A DNA stretch of 64,000 bases from Stegostoma tigrinum (taxonomy: Eukaryota): NCBI RefSeq assembly GCF_030684315.1, contig NC_081378.1, forward strand, positions 37,682,252 through 37,746,251. Direction: 5' to 3'. Of this stretch, positions 11,995-25,472 are shown one piece after another. The notes beneath the pieces were generated by a model. The model searched no databases. It was not told the DNA's origin and saw nothing but the letters and a program-made list of their open reading frames with translations. Within the stretch, counting starts at the first letter, position 1. Each line of letters starts with the position of its first letter. The translations under genes and the position numbers were made by a program.

Positions 11995-12712
11995 CTATTG
12001 TAGAAAAGGAAATGTAAACACAATCCAGACACAAACTGATTCATGACCAATGAGAAAGATTTCACAGCACTTAGGGGGACATGCAAAAGGATGAGAGAAT
12101 GTGGAAAAAAGATCAGAACCTATCCTACAAATGGCCAATCCAAAAGCAACCTACCATATCATAAATTGTATCAAGCATCTGTGTCATTAACCTGCTCTCT
12201 AACACACGAGTGTTCCAATGGTAGGTCAAGACTGCATTTCTGCTTGTAATAGCATCTAGGGCAGTCGCACACAAATTAGTGTGAGTTGCAAAGTGTCAAG
12301 TGTGAGGTGAGGAAACACATTTGGACAGAATGACAGAGTTTGCCACTGGGCATTGTAACCTAACTGTGTGACACAACCAATTTGATGCCAGGCATCAATC
12401 TGCATTAGACGTTTCTTTGATTAGAAACAATGTGCGAGGCTCAGTAGAATAGCAGGGCATTGGCATTAATATTAAATGTTTGGAGAGGCTGAATATTTTC
12501 AATGGGACGTATGAAAAATGTCTGCACGAGATTCCTTTTGATATTGTGGAAATATATTGACTTTTTGTGCTCAAAGCTCTCTCCTCTTGTAGGAATAGAA
12601 TAAGATGCTGGAAGATCATGGGAACAGCCTTTTACCAAACAGGAGGTGAAGATTCCATCAATTCAATGGAATCTAAGGCCTTGCAATTCTTACAGGCATC
12701 ATCGGTACTCAC

Positions 12713-12772
12713 CAGTTGTGGAGCCAGTGGTTGAGCCAGGAGTTGTTGCTGAGACTGTTGTGGAAGTTTGTT
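12713..12772 (-). CDS. MUC19: PTS mini-exon class B
   Basis: 60 nt, AG/GT, phase 1-1. Confidence 0.85.
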
Positions 12773-13027
12773 CTGAAATATGAGAGAAATTGAAGTTCAC
12801 AACACTTTGTTCATTTCCAAAAGATTATATGCTACGTTTCAGAATGACAGGAGGTAAGTATTTCTCCCAGATACATGGTGGAAATAAATAAATGTTAGTG
12901 TCCAAACCACCACAGAAAAAGAGAAAAGTGACAAATATAAATTGTCAAACAATTGAACCATAAATGAGCAAAGAAGTGATTCTGTTCAAGGGTCACTTCA
13001 TGTTTAGTAACTGAAGTCTTCACTCAC

Positions 13028-13090
13028 CAGTTATGGAACTGGAAGTAGACGGTGCTGTAGTGGCGGATACTGTTGTTGAAGTGGTTTCTT
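13028..13090 (-). CDS. MUC19: PTS mini-exon class C
   Basis: 63 nt, AG/GT, phase 1-1. Confidence 0.85.
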
Positions 13091-13666
13091 CTAAAAGATA
13101 AACAAATGAACTTCCAGTCAGTATATTCTTTTTTGATGCTGGGTTGGTTTTTCCTCTTGAAACAGCCCCTCCAGATGGTGTACAAACAAAGCGAAAGATG
13201 ACGAGCCAGTTTGAAAATTGTGACCACAGCTGATAAAACATGGTTTATGTCACAATGAGAAGTAACGATCATTCCAAATAAATGAACCCAATTATCCATG
13301 TTACATATACTAAGACAGTGCCTTGTTTGAGGCATCAAATGGCTTTAAAGCACTGAATCTCACCAGCATACCTTCTTTCAACAACATGATGATACTTCAT
13401 AGTGATACCACTGCGAGTGCAAACATTAATATTACAGAGACTGACTTCACAGACGCTCTTATATAAAAAAGTTTTCTATTTCATGTTTGTGTCTGAAATA
13501 TTTCTTCATGAGGTTTGGCGAATAATTAGGACATCAATACCTGTCCACTTCAATGATTTTATTCAGTTTTCGAAAAGCAAATCAACACAGTTTCATTGTC
13601 AAGAAGCTAAAGATGACGTTTATATCAAAGTCATTGGTCTTACGGCTCATGGAAACCATCACATAC

Positions 13667-13735
13667 CTGTTGTTGAGGTACTGGTGGAGCCAGGTGTAGT
13701 TGTAGGCGCTGTTGTTGTTCTTGTTGATGTTCTTA
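13667..13735 (-). CDS. MUC19: PTS mini-exon class D
   Basis: 69 nt, AG/GT, phase 1-1. Confidence 0.85.
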
Positions 13736-13972
13736 CTGAAAAAGAAAATGAATAATATTCAATACTTAATCAACATTCACCAGAAACCAATCTGACATGA
13801 ATTATGATGGAAATGGGACAATCAACTGAATTCCGATAGAATTTTTACAATGAATTGTGCCAAGTATCAAGCTGACGGTAGTAGTATGTGTTCTCAGTGA
13901 GGCTGCTGAAATTCAGAAACCGTTCCACTTGCAACAAGGTTGTGAATTGTGTTGAATGCATGTATCACTCAC

Positions 13973-14035
13973 CAGCTGTGGAAATGGCAGTCGTCTCAGC
14001 TGTGGTACCTGTCCCTGTTGTTGTAGCTGATTCTT
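13973..14035 (-). CDS. MUC19: PTS mini-exon class E
   Basis: 63 nt, AG/GT, phase 1-1. Confidence 0.85.
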
Positions 14036-14637
14036 CTGAAGGAAAAAGAACAGAATCATCAAGTAATTTTTGAATGGCCCATGCGGCAGGATTGAGAGAA
14101 GACAATCATTCTGTCATTGAAACGGACACTGGACACAGGTATCATGAAAATTATTACAATGACCTGGCAGCTGATAGGAGCCAAAGGTCACTGCAGGAAG
14201 GTAATTGCTTTTGAGGTGTGATCACTGTTGGAGAATAGGAATTGTGCCCATCAAATTTGTTTAAAGTCAGACAATTCAAATAATCAATCTCAGAAGTTTT
14301 GAGTCAAGTGTCAAGACTGTTTGGCACCCTGAGGGAGCTCACTGCTCATCTTCCAATCAAAGTGAGAGGTATTTTTCAAGCAACCAGTTTGCGCAGGCAA
14401 ACGTGTAATGCAATGTATCTGCCAACAGGCCCAGTGTTTTCTTTCTGTATCAAAGGGTTGATGATCTGACTGAGTTGAATGCACAAGGCTGGACGGAAAT
14501 CTTCAGCACAGCATCTTCTTTAGGCAAGACAATGGGTGATGGACCAGAAGTAACAAAGGAATTTCCCTGTTCAGAGACTTTTTAGATTCTTGCTTCAAAT
14601 TGAATCTTCATGTTTACTGAGAAAGGACTGAACTCAC

Positions 14638-14697
14638 CAGTTGTGGAGCTGGCAGTAGAACTGGCTGTGGTGGTCGTCCCTGATGTTGATGTGGTTT
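14638..14697 (-). CDS. MUC19: PTS mini-exon class A
   Basis: 60 nt, AG/GT, phase 1-1. Confidence 0.85.
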
Positions 14698-15420
14698 CTA
14701 TTGAAGAAAAGGAAATGTAATCACAATCTCGACACATAAACTGAATCATGACCAATGAGAAAGATTCAACAGCACTTAGGAGGGAGTGCAAAAAGGATGA
14801 GAGAATGTGTAAAAAAGATCAGAGCCTATCCCACAGATAGCCAATCAAAATGCATCCTACCATATCATAAATTGTGTCAACCATCTGTGTCATTAACCTG
14901 CTCTCCATCACACGAGTGTTCCAGTGGTAGGTCAAGACTTTATTTCTGCTTGCAATAGCATCAAGGGTAGTCGCACACAATTTAATGTGAGTTTCAAAGT
15001 GTCAAGTGTGAGGTGAGGAAACACATTTGAACAGGATGACGTTGTTTGCCACTGGGCAAAATGTAAGTGAAATGTGTGAAACAACCAATTTGATGCCAGG
15101 CGTCAAACTGCATTAGATGTTTCTTTAAACAGAAACAATGTGTCAGGCTTAGAGGAGTAGAAGGGCAACGGCATCAATATTAAATGTTTGGAGAGTCTGA
15201 ATATTTTCAATGGGACGGATGAAAAATGCCTGCACCAGAATCCTTTTGTTATTGTGGAAATATATTGACTTATTGTGCTCAAAGCTCTCTCCTCTTGTAG
15301 GAATAGAATAAGATGCTGGAAGACCATGGGAACAGCCTTTTACCAAACAGGAGGTGAAGATTCCATCACTTCACTGGTATCTAAGGCCTTGCAATTCTTA
15401 CAGACATCGTCGGTACTCAC

Positions 15421-15480
15421 CAGTTGTGGAGCCAGTGGTTGAGCCAGGAGTTGTTGCTGAGACTGTTGTGGAGGTTTGTT
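15421..15480 (-). CDS. MUC19: PTS mini-exon class B
   Basis: 60 nt, AG/GT, phase 1-1. Confidence 0.85.
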
Positions 15481-15733
15481 CTGAAATATGAGAGAAATTG
15501 AAGATCACAACACTTTGATTCATTTCCAAACTCATATACATCATTTTTTCAGAATGAAATAAGGTAAGTATTCTGGCTGGATATCTTATAGAAATCAGTA
15601 AGTATATGTGTGAAATACATACTGAAATAGAGATAATTGAAATGTAGCAGTTGTCCAAAATTTGAACGAATGCTATGGGCAGTGATTCTGTTCAAATGAT
15701 ACTTAATGTTCAACAAACTAAGTCTTCACTCAC

Positions 15734-15796
15734 CAGATGTGGAACTGGAAGTATACGGTGCTGTAGTGGTGGATACTAATGTTGAAGTTGTTTCTT
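15734..15796 (-). CDS. MUC19: PTS mini-exon class F
   Basis: 63 nt, AG/GT, phase 1-1. Confidence 0.85.
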
Positions 15797-16670
15797 CTAA
15801 AAGAAAACAAATGAACTTCTAGTCAGTTTATTCCTTTTTAATTTGTGCTGCTTATTCCTCCTCAAGCAGCACCGCCAGACCTCTAGATCGTGCACAAACA
15901 CACAAAGTTTACCAGCTGCTTTGAAAATTCTTACTGCAGCTAAGTAACCATGGCATATGGCCCAAATTACTCAAATAGTGTATGCCACTTTGAAGTTAAG
16001 AACAGTAGGACAGAACCTTTTTTGAGCAATTGGCTAGCGATGAGGCACTAAAGCTGACCAGCAATCCTCCTTTCAAGAGTATGATAACACTTCAACAATT
16101 AGTTCAATCATTCTGAAAACAGTGACTAACTTTTAGGAAGCCCTATTTACAGATTGCTGTTTCATGTTTGTTCCAAAAATAATTCTGAATGCAGTTTCGT
16201 GAATAATTAAGACATCAATCTCTGATCACTTCCATCTCTTGAGTCACTTTTGAAAGAGGAAATGAATACAATTTCATTGTCAAGGATCTCAAGATGCACA
16301 TCATTTTGCACAGATAGGAATCAATCTCAAAAATTTTGAGTCAAGGATACAGTTTCACATTCTGATAGATGATACTACCTGTCCTCCAATCAATGTAAAA
16401 GGTATTTTTCAAGCCAGCAGAGAGTGCAGGCAAATGTTTGTTATGATCTATCAGCCAAGTGGCCCAGTGTTGTCCTTTCCACATCAAAGAGTTGATGATC
16501 TGACGAAATGGAATTCATGTGGTTGCATTGAAGACTAAAGCACAACAAATTCCGAAGGCAGAATGTGGATCATAGACCAAAATTGACAAAGCAATTTCCC
16601 TACATCCATGTTTTTAATGTTGTTGCTTCACATTGATCTCTCACCTTTAATGAAAATGGAGTCAACTCAC

Positions 16671-16730
16671 CAGTTGTGGAGCTGGCAGTAGAACTGGCTG
16701 TGGTGGTTGTCCCTGATGTTGATGTGCTTT
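16671..16730 (-). CDS. MUC19: PTS mini-exon class A
   Basis: 60 nt, AG/GT, phase 1-1. Confidence 0.85.
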
Positions 16731-17440
16731 CTATTGAAGGAAAGGAAATGTAAACGCAATCCATACGCATAACCTGAATCATGATCAATGAGTGCGATTC
16801 ATAAGCATTTAGGAGGGAATGGTCAAATGGAGAGAGAATGCGCAAAAAAGATCAGAAACTAGCACACAGATGGCCAATCCAGAGGAATCCTGCTATATCA
16901 TAACTTGTACAAAGAATTTGCGTCATTCTCAAACTCTCTGTCACATGGGATTTCCTGTGGTAGGCCAAGACATCGTTTCTGCTTGTAAAATCATCAAGGG
17001 CAGTCAGACACAGATTAATGTGAGTCAAGTGCAAGGTGCAGAAAAATATTTGAACATAATGACAGGTCGCCACTTGGAGTTGTAACCTCAATGTGTGGAA
17101 CAAGCAACTTGATGGCAGTGATCGAATTACAACAGACGTTTCTGTGCATAGAAACAATGTGCGAGGCTAAGTGGAGTAGCAGGGCAATGGTCTCAATGTT
17201 AAATGTTTGTAGAGGCTGAATAGATTCAGTGGAAAGATTCGCAAATGTCTGCAGAAGAATCGTTCTGTCATTCTATAAAAGTCCATGATCTTTTCAGCTC
17301 AAAATATTCTACTGTTGCAGAAATAGAATAAGATACTGGAAGACCATGGGAACAGCCTTTTACCGAACAGGAGGTGAAGATTCCATCAATTCACTGGTAT
17401 CTAAGGCCTTGCAATTCTTACAGACATCATCGGTACTCAC

Positions 17441-17500
17441 CAGTTGTGGAGCCAGTGGTTGAGCCAGGAGTTGTTGCTGAGACTGTTGTGGAGGTTTGTT
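17441..17500 (-). CDS. MUC19: PTS mini-exon class B
   Basis: 60 nt, AG/GT, phase 1-1. Confidence 0.85.
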
Positions 17501-17753
17501 CTGAAATATGAGAGAAATTGAAGTTCACAACACTATGATTCAATTCCAAACTAATATATATCATTTTTTCGGCATGAAATACGGGAAGTATCCTGGCTGG
17601 ATACATTATAGCAATCAGTAACTACGTGTGTGAAATACACACTGAAATAGAGATAAGTGAAAGATAGCAGTTGTCCAAAATTTGAACGAATGCTGTGGGC
17701 AGTGATTCTGTTCCAACGACACTTAATGTTCAACAAACTAAGTCTTCACTCAC

Positions 17754-17816
17754 CAGATGTGGAACTGGAAGTCGATGGTGCTGTAGTGGTGAATACTAAT
17801 GTTGAAGTTGTTTCTT
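17754..17816 (-). CDS. MUC19: PTS mini-exon class F
   Basis: 63 nt, AG/GT, phase 1-1. Confidence 0.85.
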
Positions 17817-18609
17817 CTAAAAGAAAACAAATGAACTTCGAGTCAGTATATTCCTTTTTGATTTGAGGCTGCTTATTCCACCTCAAGCAGCACCCTCAGG
17901 TCATGCAGAAACCAACCGATAAAGACCAACCGGTTTGAAAATTCTTACTGCAGCCGAGAAAGCATGGCACGTGCCCAGAATAAAATAGATGGTGGATGCC
18001 ACGTTCGTGTAAGGAACCGTAAGACAGTCCTTTCTTTCAGTGATTGACTAGCTTTGAGGCACTGAAACTCCCCATCAGAGCATCTTTCAAGAATATGATA
18101 ATTCTTCAACTATGAGTGGAATCATTAAGAACACAGAGACTGACTTCAAGGATACTGATATGCAGATGCCTGTTTCATGTTTGTTCCTGAAATAATTCTG
18201 AATGAGGTTTGGTGAACATTAAGTCATTGTCAAGGATCTCATTTTTGCACAGCCAGAAATCTCTCTCAGATATTTTGAGTCAAGCATAAACCCTCACATT
18301 CTGACAGATGACACTAATCATCTTCCAATCAATGTGAAATGTATTTTAAAAGCCAGCAGAGTGTGCAGGGATATGTCCAATGTGTTCTATCAGGCAACAG
18401 GCAGAGTGTTGTCCTTTCCACATCAAAGAGTTGATGAACTGACTAAATTGAAATCACGAGGCTCCATTGAAGACTTAAGCACAAGACGTTCTGAAGGCAG
18501 GATGTGGATCACATACCAAAACTGACAAAGAAGTTTCCCTACACCAATGTTTTTAATATTGTTGCTTCAAATTGATTTCTCATGTTAAATGAAAAAGGAC
18601 TAAACTCAC

Positions 18610-18669
18610 CAGTTGTGGAGCTGGCAGTAGAACTGGCTGTGGTGGTCGTCCCTGATGTTGATGTGGTTT
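18610..18669 (-). CDS. MUC19: PTS mini-exon class A
   Basis: 60 nt, AG/GT, phase 1-1. Confidence 0.85.
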
Positions 18670-19387
18670 CTATTGTAGAAAAGGAAATGTAAACACAATC
18701 TAGACACAAACTGATTCATGACCAATGAGAAAGATTTCACAGCACTTAGGGGGACATGCAAAAGGATGAGAGAATGTGGAAAAAAGATCAGAACCTATCC
18801 TACAAATGGCCAATCCAAAAGCAACCTACCATATCATAAATTGTATCAAGCATCTGTGTCATTAACCTGCTCTCTAACACACGAGTGTTCCAATGGTAGG
18901 TCAAGACTGCATTTCTGCTTGTAATAGCATCTAGGGCAGTCGCACACAAATTAGTGTGAGTTGCAAAGTGTCAAGTGTGAGGTGAGGAAACACATTTGGA
19001 CAGAATGACAGAGTTTGCCACTGGGCATTGTAACCTAACTGTGTGACACAACCAATTTGATGCCAGGCATCAATCTGCATTAGACGTTTCTTTGATTAGA
19101 AACAATGTGCGAGGCTCAGTAGAATAGCAGGGCATTGGCATTAATATTAAATGTTTGGAGAGGCTGAATATTTTCAATGGGACGTATGAAAAATGTCTGC
19201 ACGAGATTCCTTTTGATATTGTGGAAATATATTGACTTTTTGTGCTCAAAGCTCTCTCCTCTTGTAGGAATAGAATAAGATGCTGGAAGATCATGGGAAC
19301 AGCCTTTTACCAAACAGGAGGTGAAGATTCCATCAATTCAATGGAATCTAAGGCCTTGCAATTCTTACAGGCATCATCGGTACTCAC

Positions 19388-19447
19388 CAGTTGTGGAGCC
19401 AGTGGTTGAGCCAGGAGTTGTTGCTGAGACTGTTGTGGAAGTTTGTT
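19388..19447 (-). CDS. MUC19: PTS mini-exon class B
   Basis: 60 nt, AG/GT, phase 1-1. Confidence 0.85.
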
Positions 19448-19702
19448 CTGAAATATGAGAGAAATTGAAGTTCACAACACTTTGTTCATTTCCAAAAGAT
19501 TATATGCTACGTTTCAGAATGACAGGAGGTAAGTATTTCTCCCAGATACATGGTGGAAATAAATAAATGTTAGTGTCCAAACCACCACAGAAAAAGAGAA
19601 AAGTGACAAATATAAATTGTCAAACAATTGAACCATAAATGAGCAAAGAAGTGATTCTGTTCAAGGGTCACTTCATGTTTAGTAACTGAAGTCTTCACTC
19701 AC

Positions 19703-19765
19703 CAGTTATGGAACTGGAAGTAGACGGTGCTGTAGTGGCGGATACTGTTGTTGAAGTGGTTTCTT
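19703..19765 (-). CDS. MUC19: PTS mini-exon class C
   Basis: 63 nt, AG/GT, phase 1-1. Confidence 0.85.
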
Positions 19766-20340
19766 CTAAAAGATAAACAAATGAACTTCCAGTCAGTATA
19801 TTCTTTTTTGATGCTGGGTTGGTTTTTCCTCTTGAAACAGCCCCTCCAGATGGTGTGCAAACAAAGCGAAAGATGACGAGCCAGTTTGAAAATTGTGACC
19901 ACAGCTGATAAAACATGGTTTATGTCACAATGAGAAGTAACGATCATTCCAAATAAATGAACCCAATTATCCTTGTTACATATGCTAAGACAGTGCCTTG
20001 TTTGAGGCATCAAATGGCTTTAAAGCACTGAATCTCACCAGCATACCTTCTTTCAACAACATGATGAGACTTCATAGTGATACCACTGCGAGTGCAAACA
20101 TTAATATTACAGAGACTGACTTCACAGACGCTCTTAGATAAAAAGTTTTCTATTTCATGTTTGTGTCTGAAATATTTCTTCATGAGGTTTGGCGAATAAT
20201 TAGGACATCAATACCTGTCCACTTCAATGATTTTATTCAGTTTTCGAAAAGCAAATCAACACAGTTTCATTGTCAAGAAGCTAAAGATGACGTTTATATC
20301 AAAGTCATTGGTCTTACGGCTTTTGGAAACCATCACATAC

Positions 20341-20409
20341 CTGTTGTTGAGGTACTGGTGGAGCCAGGTGTAGTTGTAGGCGCTGTTGTTGTTCTTGTTG
20401 ATGTTCTTA
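20341..20409 (-). CDS. MUC19: PTS mini-exon class D
   Basis: 69 nt, AG/GT, phase 1-1. Confidence 0.85.
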
Positions 20410-20646
20410 CTGAAAAAGAAAATGAATAATATTCAATACTTAATCAACATTCACCAGAAACCAATCTGACATGAATTATGATGGAAATGGGACAATCAAC
20501 TGAATTCCGATAGAATTTTTACAATGAATTGTGCCAAGTATCAAGCTGACGGTAGTAGTATGTGTTCTCAGTGAGGCTGCTGAAATTCAGAAACCGTTCC
20601 ACTTGCAACAAGGTTGTGAATTGTGTTGAATGCATGTATCACTCAC

Positions 20647-20709
20647 CAGCTGTGGAAATGGCAGTCGTCTCAGCTGTGGTACCTGTCCCTGTTGTTGTAG
20701 CTGATTCTT
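20647..20709 (-). CDS. MUC19: PTS mini-exon class E
   Basis: 63 nt, AG/GT, phase 1-1. Confidence 0.85.
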
Positions 20710-21311
20710 CTGAAGGAAAAAGAACAGAATCATCAAGTAATTTTTGAATGGCCCATGCGGCAGGATTGAGAGAAGACAATCATTCTGTCATTGAAACGGA
20801 CACTGGACACAGGTATCATGAAAATTATTACAATGACCTGGCAGCTGATAGGAGCCAAAGGTCACTGCAGGAAGGTAATTGCTTTTGAGGTGTGATCACT
20901 GTTGGAGAATAGGAACTGTGCCCATCAAATTTGTTTAAAGCCAGGCAATTCAAATAATCAATCTCAGAAGTTTTGAGTCAAGTGTCAAGACTGTTTGGCA
21001 CCCTGAGGGAGCTCACTGCTCATCTTCCAATCAAAGTGAGAGGTATTTTTCAAGCAAGCAGATTGCGCAGGCAAACGTGTAGCGCAATGTATCAGCCAAC
21101 AGGCCCAGTGTTGTCTTTCTGTATCAAAGGGTTGATGATCTGACTGAGTTGAATGCACAAGGCTGGACAGAAATCTTCAGCACAGCATCTTCTTTAGGCA
21201 AGACAGTGGTTGATGGACCAGAAGTAACAAAGGAATTTCCCTGTTCAGAGACTTTTTAGGTTCTTGCTTCAAATTGAATCTTCATGTTTACTGAGAAAGG
21301 ACTGAACTCAC

Positions 21312-21371
21312 CAGTTGCGGAGCTGGCAGTAGAACTGGCTGTGGTGGTCGTCCCTGATGTTGATGTGGTTT
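21312..21371 (-). CDS. MUC19: PTS mini-exon class A
   Basis: 60 nt, AG/GT, phase 1-1. Confidence 0.85.
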
Positions 21372-22091
21372 CTATTGAAGAAAAGGAAATGTAAACACAA
21401 TCTCGACACGTAAACTGAATCATGACCAATGAGAAAGATTCAACAGCACTTAGGAGGGAGTGCACAAAGGATGAGAGAATGTGTAAAAAAGATCAGAGCC
21501 TATCCCACAGATAGCCAATCAAAATGCATCCTACCATATCATAAATTGTGTCAACCATCTGTGTCATTAACCTGCTCTCCATCACACGAGTGTTCCAGTG
21601 GTAGGTCAAGACTTTATTTCTGCTTGCAATAGCATCAAGGGTAGTCGCACACAATTTAATGTGAATTTCAAAGTGTCAAGTGTTAGGTGAGGAAACACAT
21701 TTGAACAGGATGACGTTGTTTGCCACTGGGCGTTGTAAGCTAAATGTGTGACACAACCAATTTGATGCCAGGCATCAATCTGCATTAGATGTTTCTTTAA
21801 ACAGAAAAAATGTGTCAGGCTAAGAGGAGTAAAAGGGCAACGGCAACAATATTAAATGTTTGGAGAGTCTGAATATTTTCAATGGGACGGATGAAAAATG
21901 CCTGCACCAGAATCCTTTTGTTACTGTGGAAATATATTGACTTATTGTGCTCAAAGCTCTCTCCTCTTGTGGAATAGAATAAGATGCTGGAAGACCATGG
22001 GAACAGCCTTTTACCAAACAGAAGGTGAAGATTCCATCACTTCACTGGTATCTGAGGCCTTGCAATTCATGCAGACATCATCGGTACTCAC

Positions 22092-22151
22092 CAGTCGTGG
22101 AGCCAGTGGTTGCGCCAGGAGTTGTTGCTGAGACTGTTGTGGAGGTTTGTT
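22092..22151 (-). CDS. MUC19: PTS mini-exon class B
   Basis: 60 nt, TAG/GT, phase 1-1. Confidence 0.85.
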
Positions 22152-22405
22152 CTAAAATATGAGAGAAATTGAAGTTCACAACACTTTGTTCATTTCCAAA
22201 AGATATATGATATGTTTCAGAATGAGAGGAGGTAAGTATTTCTCCCAGATACATGGTGGAAATAAATAAATGTTAGTGTCCAAACCACCACAGAAAAAGA
22301 GAAAAGTGACAAATATAAATTGTCAAACAATTGAACCATAAATGAGCAAAGAAGTGATTCTGTTCAAGGGTCACTTCATGTTTAGTAACTGAAGTCTTCA
22401 CTCAC

Positions 22406-22468
22406 CAGTTATGGAACTGGAAGTAGACGGTGCTGTAGTGGCGGATACTGTTGTTGAAGTGGTTTCTT
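22406..22468 (-). CDS. MUC19: PTS mini-exon class C
   Basis: 63 nt, AG/GT, phase 1-1. Confidence 0.85.
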
Positions 22469-23043
22469 CTAAAAGATAAACAAATGAACTTCCAGTCAGT
22501 ATATTCTTTTTTGATGCTGGGTTGGTTTTTCCTCTTGAAACAGCCCCTCCAGATGGTGTACAAACAAAGCGAAAGATGACGAGCCAGTTTGAAAATTGTG
22601 ACCACAGCTGATAAAACATGGTTTATGTCACAATGAGAAGTAACGATCATTCCAAATAAATGAACCCAATTATCCATGTTACATATGCTAAGACAGTGCC
22701 TTGTTTGAGGCATCAAATGGCTTTAAAGCACTGAATCTCACCAGCATACCTTCTTTCAACAACATGATGAGACTTCATAGTGATACCACTGCGAGTGCAA
22801 ACATTAATATTACAGAGACTGACTTCACAGACGCTCTTAGATAAAAAGTTTTCTATTTCATGTTTGTGTCTGAAATATTTCTTCATGAGGTTTGGCGAAT
22901 AATTAGGACATCAATACCTGTCCACTTCAATGATTTTATTCAGTTTTCGAAAAGCAAATCAACACAGTTTCATTGTCAAGAAGCTAAAGATGACGTTTAT
23001 ATCAAAGTCATTGGTCTTACGGCTCATGGAAACCATCACATAC

Positions 23044-23112
23044 CTGTTGTTGAGGTACTGGTGGAGCCAGGTGTAGTTGTAGGCGCTGTTGTTGTTCTTG
23101 TTGATGTTCTTA
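23044..23112 (-). CDS. MUC19: PTS mini-exon class D
   Basis: 69 nt, AG/GT, phase 1-1. Confidence 0.85.
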
Positions 23113-23349
23113 CTGAAAAAGAAAATGAATAATATTCAATACTTAATCAACATTCACCAGAAACCAATCTGACATGAATTATGATGGAAATGGGACAATC
23201 AACTGAATTCCGATAGAATTTTTACAATGAATTGTGCCAAGTATCAAGCTGACGGTAGTAGTATGTGTTCTCAGTGAGGCTGCTGAAATTCAGAAACCGT
23301 TCCACTTGCAACAAGGTTGTGAATTGTGTTGAATGCATGTATCACTCAC

Positions 23350-23412
23350 CAGCTGTGGAAATGGCAGTCGTCTCAGCTGTGGTACCTGTCCCTGTTGTTG
23401 TAGCTGATTCTT
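23350..23412 (-). CDS. MUC19: PTS mini-exon class E
   Basis: 63 nt, AG/GT, phase 1-1. Confidence 0.85.
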
Positions 23413-24014
23413 CTGAAGGAAAAAGAACAGAATCATCAAGTAATTTTTGAATGGCCCATGCGGCAGGATTGAGAGAAGACAATCATTCTGTCATTGAAAC
23501 GGACACTGGACACAGGTATCATGAAAATTATTACAATGACCTGGCAGCTGATAGGAGCCAAAGGTCACTGCAGGAAGGTAATTGCTTTTGAGGTGTGATC
23601 ACTGTTGGAGAATAGGAACTGTGCCCATCAAATTTGTTTAAAGCCAGGCAATTCAAATAATCAATCTCAGAAGTTTTGAGTCAAGTGTCAAGACTGTTTG
23701 GCACCCTGAGGGAGCTCACTGCTCATCTTCCAATCAAAGTGAGAGGTATTTTTCAAGCAAGCAGATTGCGCAGGCAAACGTGTAGCGCAATGTATCAGCC
23801 AACAGGCCCAGTGTTGTCTTTCTGTATCAAAGGGTTGATGATCTGACTGAGTTGAATGCACAAGGCTGGACAGAAATCTTCAGCACAGCATCTTCTTTAG
23901 GCAAGACAGTGGTTGATGGACCAGAAGTAACAAAGGAATTTCCCTGTTCAGAGACTTTTTAGGTTCTTGCTTCAAATTGAATCTTCATGTTTACTGAGAA
24001 AGGACTGAACTCAC

Positions 24015-24074
24015 CAGTTGTGGAGCTGGCAGTAGAACTGGCTGTGGTGGTCGTCCCTGATGTTGATGTGGTTT
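24015..24074 (-). CDS. MUC19: PTS mini-exon class A
   Basis: 60 nt, AG/GT, phase 1-1. Confidence 0.85.
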
Positions 24075-24794
24075 CTATTGAAGAAAAGGAAATGTAAACA
24101 CAATCTCGACACGTAAACTGAATCATGACCAATGAGAAAGATTCAACAGCACTTAGGAGGGAGTGCACAAAGGATGAGAGAATGTGTAAAAAAGATCAGA
24201 GCCTATCCCACAGATAGCCAATCAAAATGCATCCTACCATATCATAAATTGTGTCAACCATCTGTGTCATTAACCTGCTCTCCATCACACGAGTGTTCCA
24301 GTGGTAGGTCAAGACTTTATTTCTGCTTGCAATAGCATCAAGGGTAGTCGCACACAATTTAATGTGAATTTCAAAGTGTCAAGTGTTAGGTGAGGAAACA
24401 CATTTGAACAGGATGACGTTGTTTGCCACTGGGCGTTGTAAGCTAAATGTGTGACACAACGAATTTGATGCCAGGCATCAATCTGCATTAGATGTTTCTT
24501 TAAACAGAAAAAATGTGTCAGGCTAAGAGGAGTAAAAGGGCAACGGCAACAATATTAAATGTTTGGAGAGTCTGAATATTTTCAATGGGACGGATGAAAA
24601 ATGCCTGCACCAGAATCCTTTTGTTACTGTGGAAATATATTGACTTATTGTGCTCAAAGCTCTCTCCTCTTGTGGAATAGAATAAGATGCTGGAAGACCA
24701 TGGGAACAGCCTTTTACCAAACAGAAGGTGAAGATTCCATCACTTCACTGGTATCTGAGGCCTTGCAATTCATGCAGACATCATCGGTACTCAC

Positions 24795-24854
24795 CAGTCG
24801 TGGAGCCAGTGGTTGCGCCAGGAGTTGTTGCTGAGACTGTTGTGGAGGTTTGTT
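24795..24854 (-). CDS. MUC19: PTS mini-exon class B
   Basis: 60 nt, TAG/GT, phase 1-1. Confidence 0.85.
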
Positions 24855-25108
24855 CTAAAATATGAGAGAAATTGAAGTTCACAACACTTTGTTCATTTCC
24901 AAAAGATATATGATATGTTTCAGAATGAGAGGAGGTAAGTATTTCTCCCAGATACATGGTGGAAATAAATAAATGTTCATGTCCCAACCACCACAGAAAA
25001 AGAGAAAAGTGACAAATATAAATTGTCAAACAATTGAACCACAAATGAGCAAAGAAGTGATTCTGTTCAAGGGTCACTTCATGTTTAGTAACTGAAGGCT
25101 TCACTCAC

Positions 25109-25171
25109 CAGTTATGGAACTGGAGGTAGACGGTGCTGTAGTGGCGGACTCTGTTGCTGAAGTGGTTTCTT
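25109..25171 (-). CDS. MUC19: PTS mini-exon class C
   Basis: 63 nt, AG/GT, phase 1-1. Confidence 0.85.
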
Positions 25172-25312
25172 CTAAAAGATAAACAAATGAACTTCCAGTC
25201 AGTATATTCTTTCTTGAGATAATGGGAACTGCAGATGCTGGAGATTCCAAGATAATAAAATGTGAGGCTGGATGAACACAGCAGGCCAAGCAGCATCTCA
25301 GGAGCACAAAAG

Positions 25313-25344
25313 CTGACGTTTCGGGCCTCGACCCTTCATCAGAG
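25313..25344 (-). ncRNA. Minimal hammerhead ribozyme motif (PLE type)
   Basis: ct-CTGATGA-AGGGTCGAGGCCC-GAAA-CG-TC-ag on the minus strand. Confidence 0.6.
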
Positions 25345-25440
25345 AGGGGGATGGTGGGAGGGAACTGGTCTTTACTCTCCATCTTCGGTCCGCCTCCCCC
25401 TCTCTCCCTATTTATTCCAGTTCCCTCCCACCATCCCCCT

Positions 25441-25472
25441 CTCTGATGAAGGGTCTAGGCCCGAAACGTCAG
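25441..25472 (+). ncRNA. Minimal hammerhead ribozyme motif (PLE type)
   Basis: ct-CTGATGA-AGGGTCTAGGCCC-GAAA-CG-TC-ag. Confidence 0.6.
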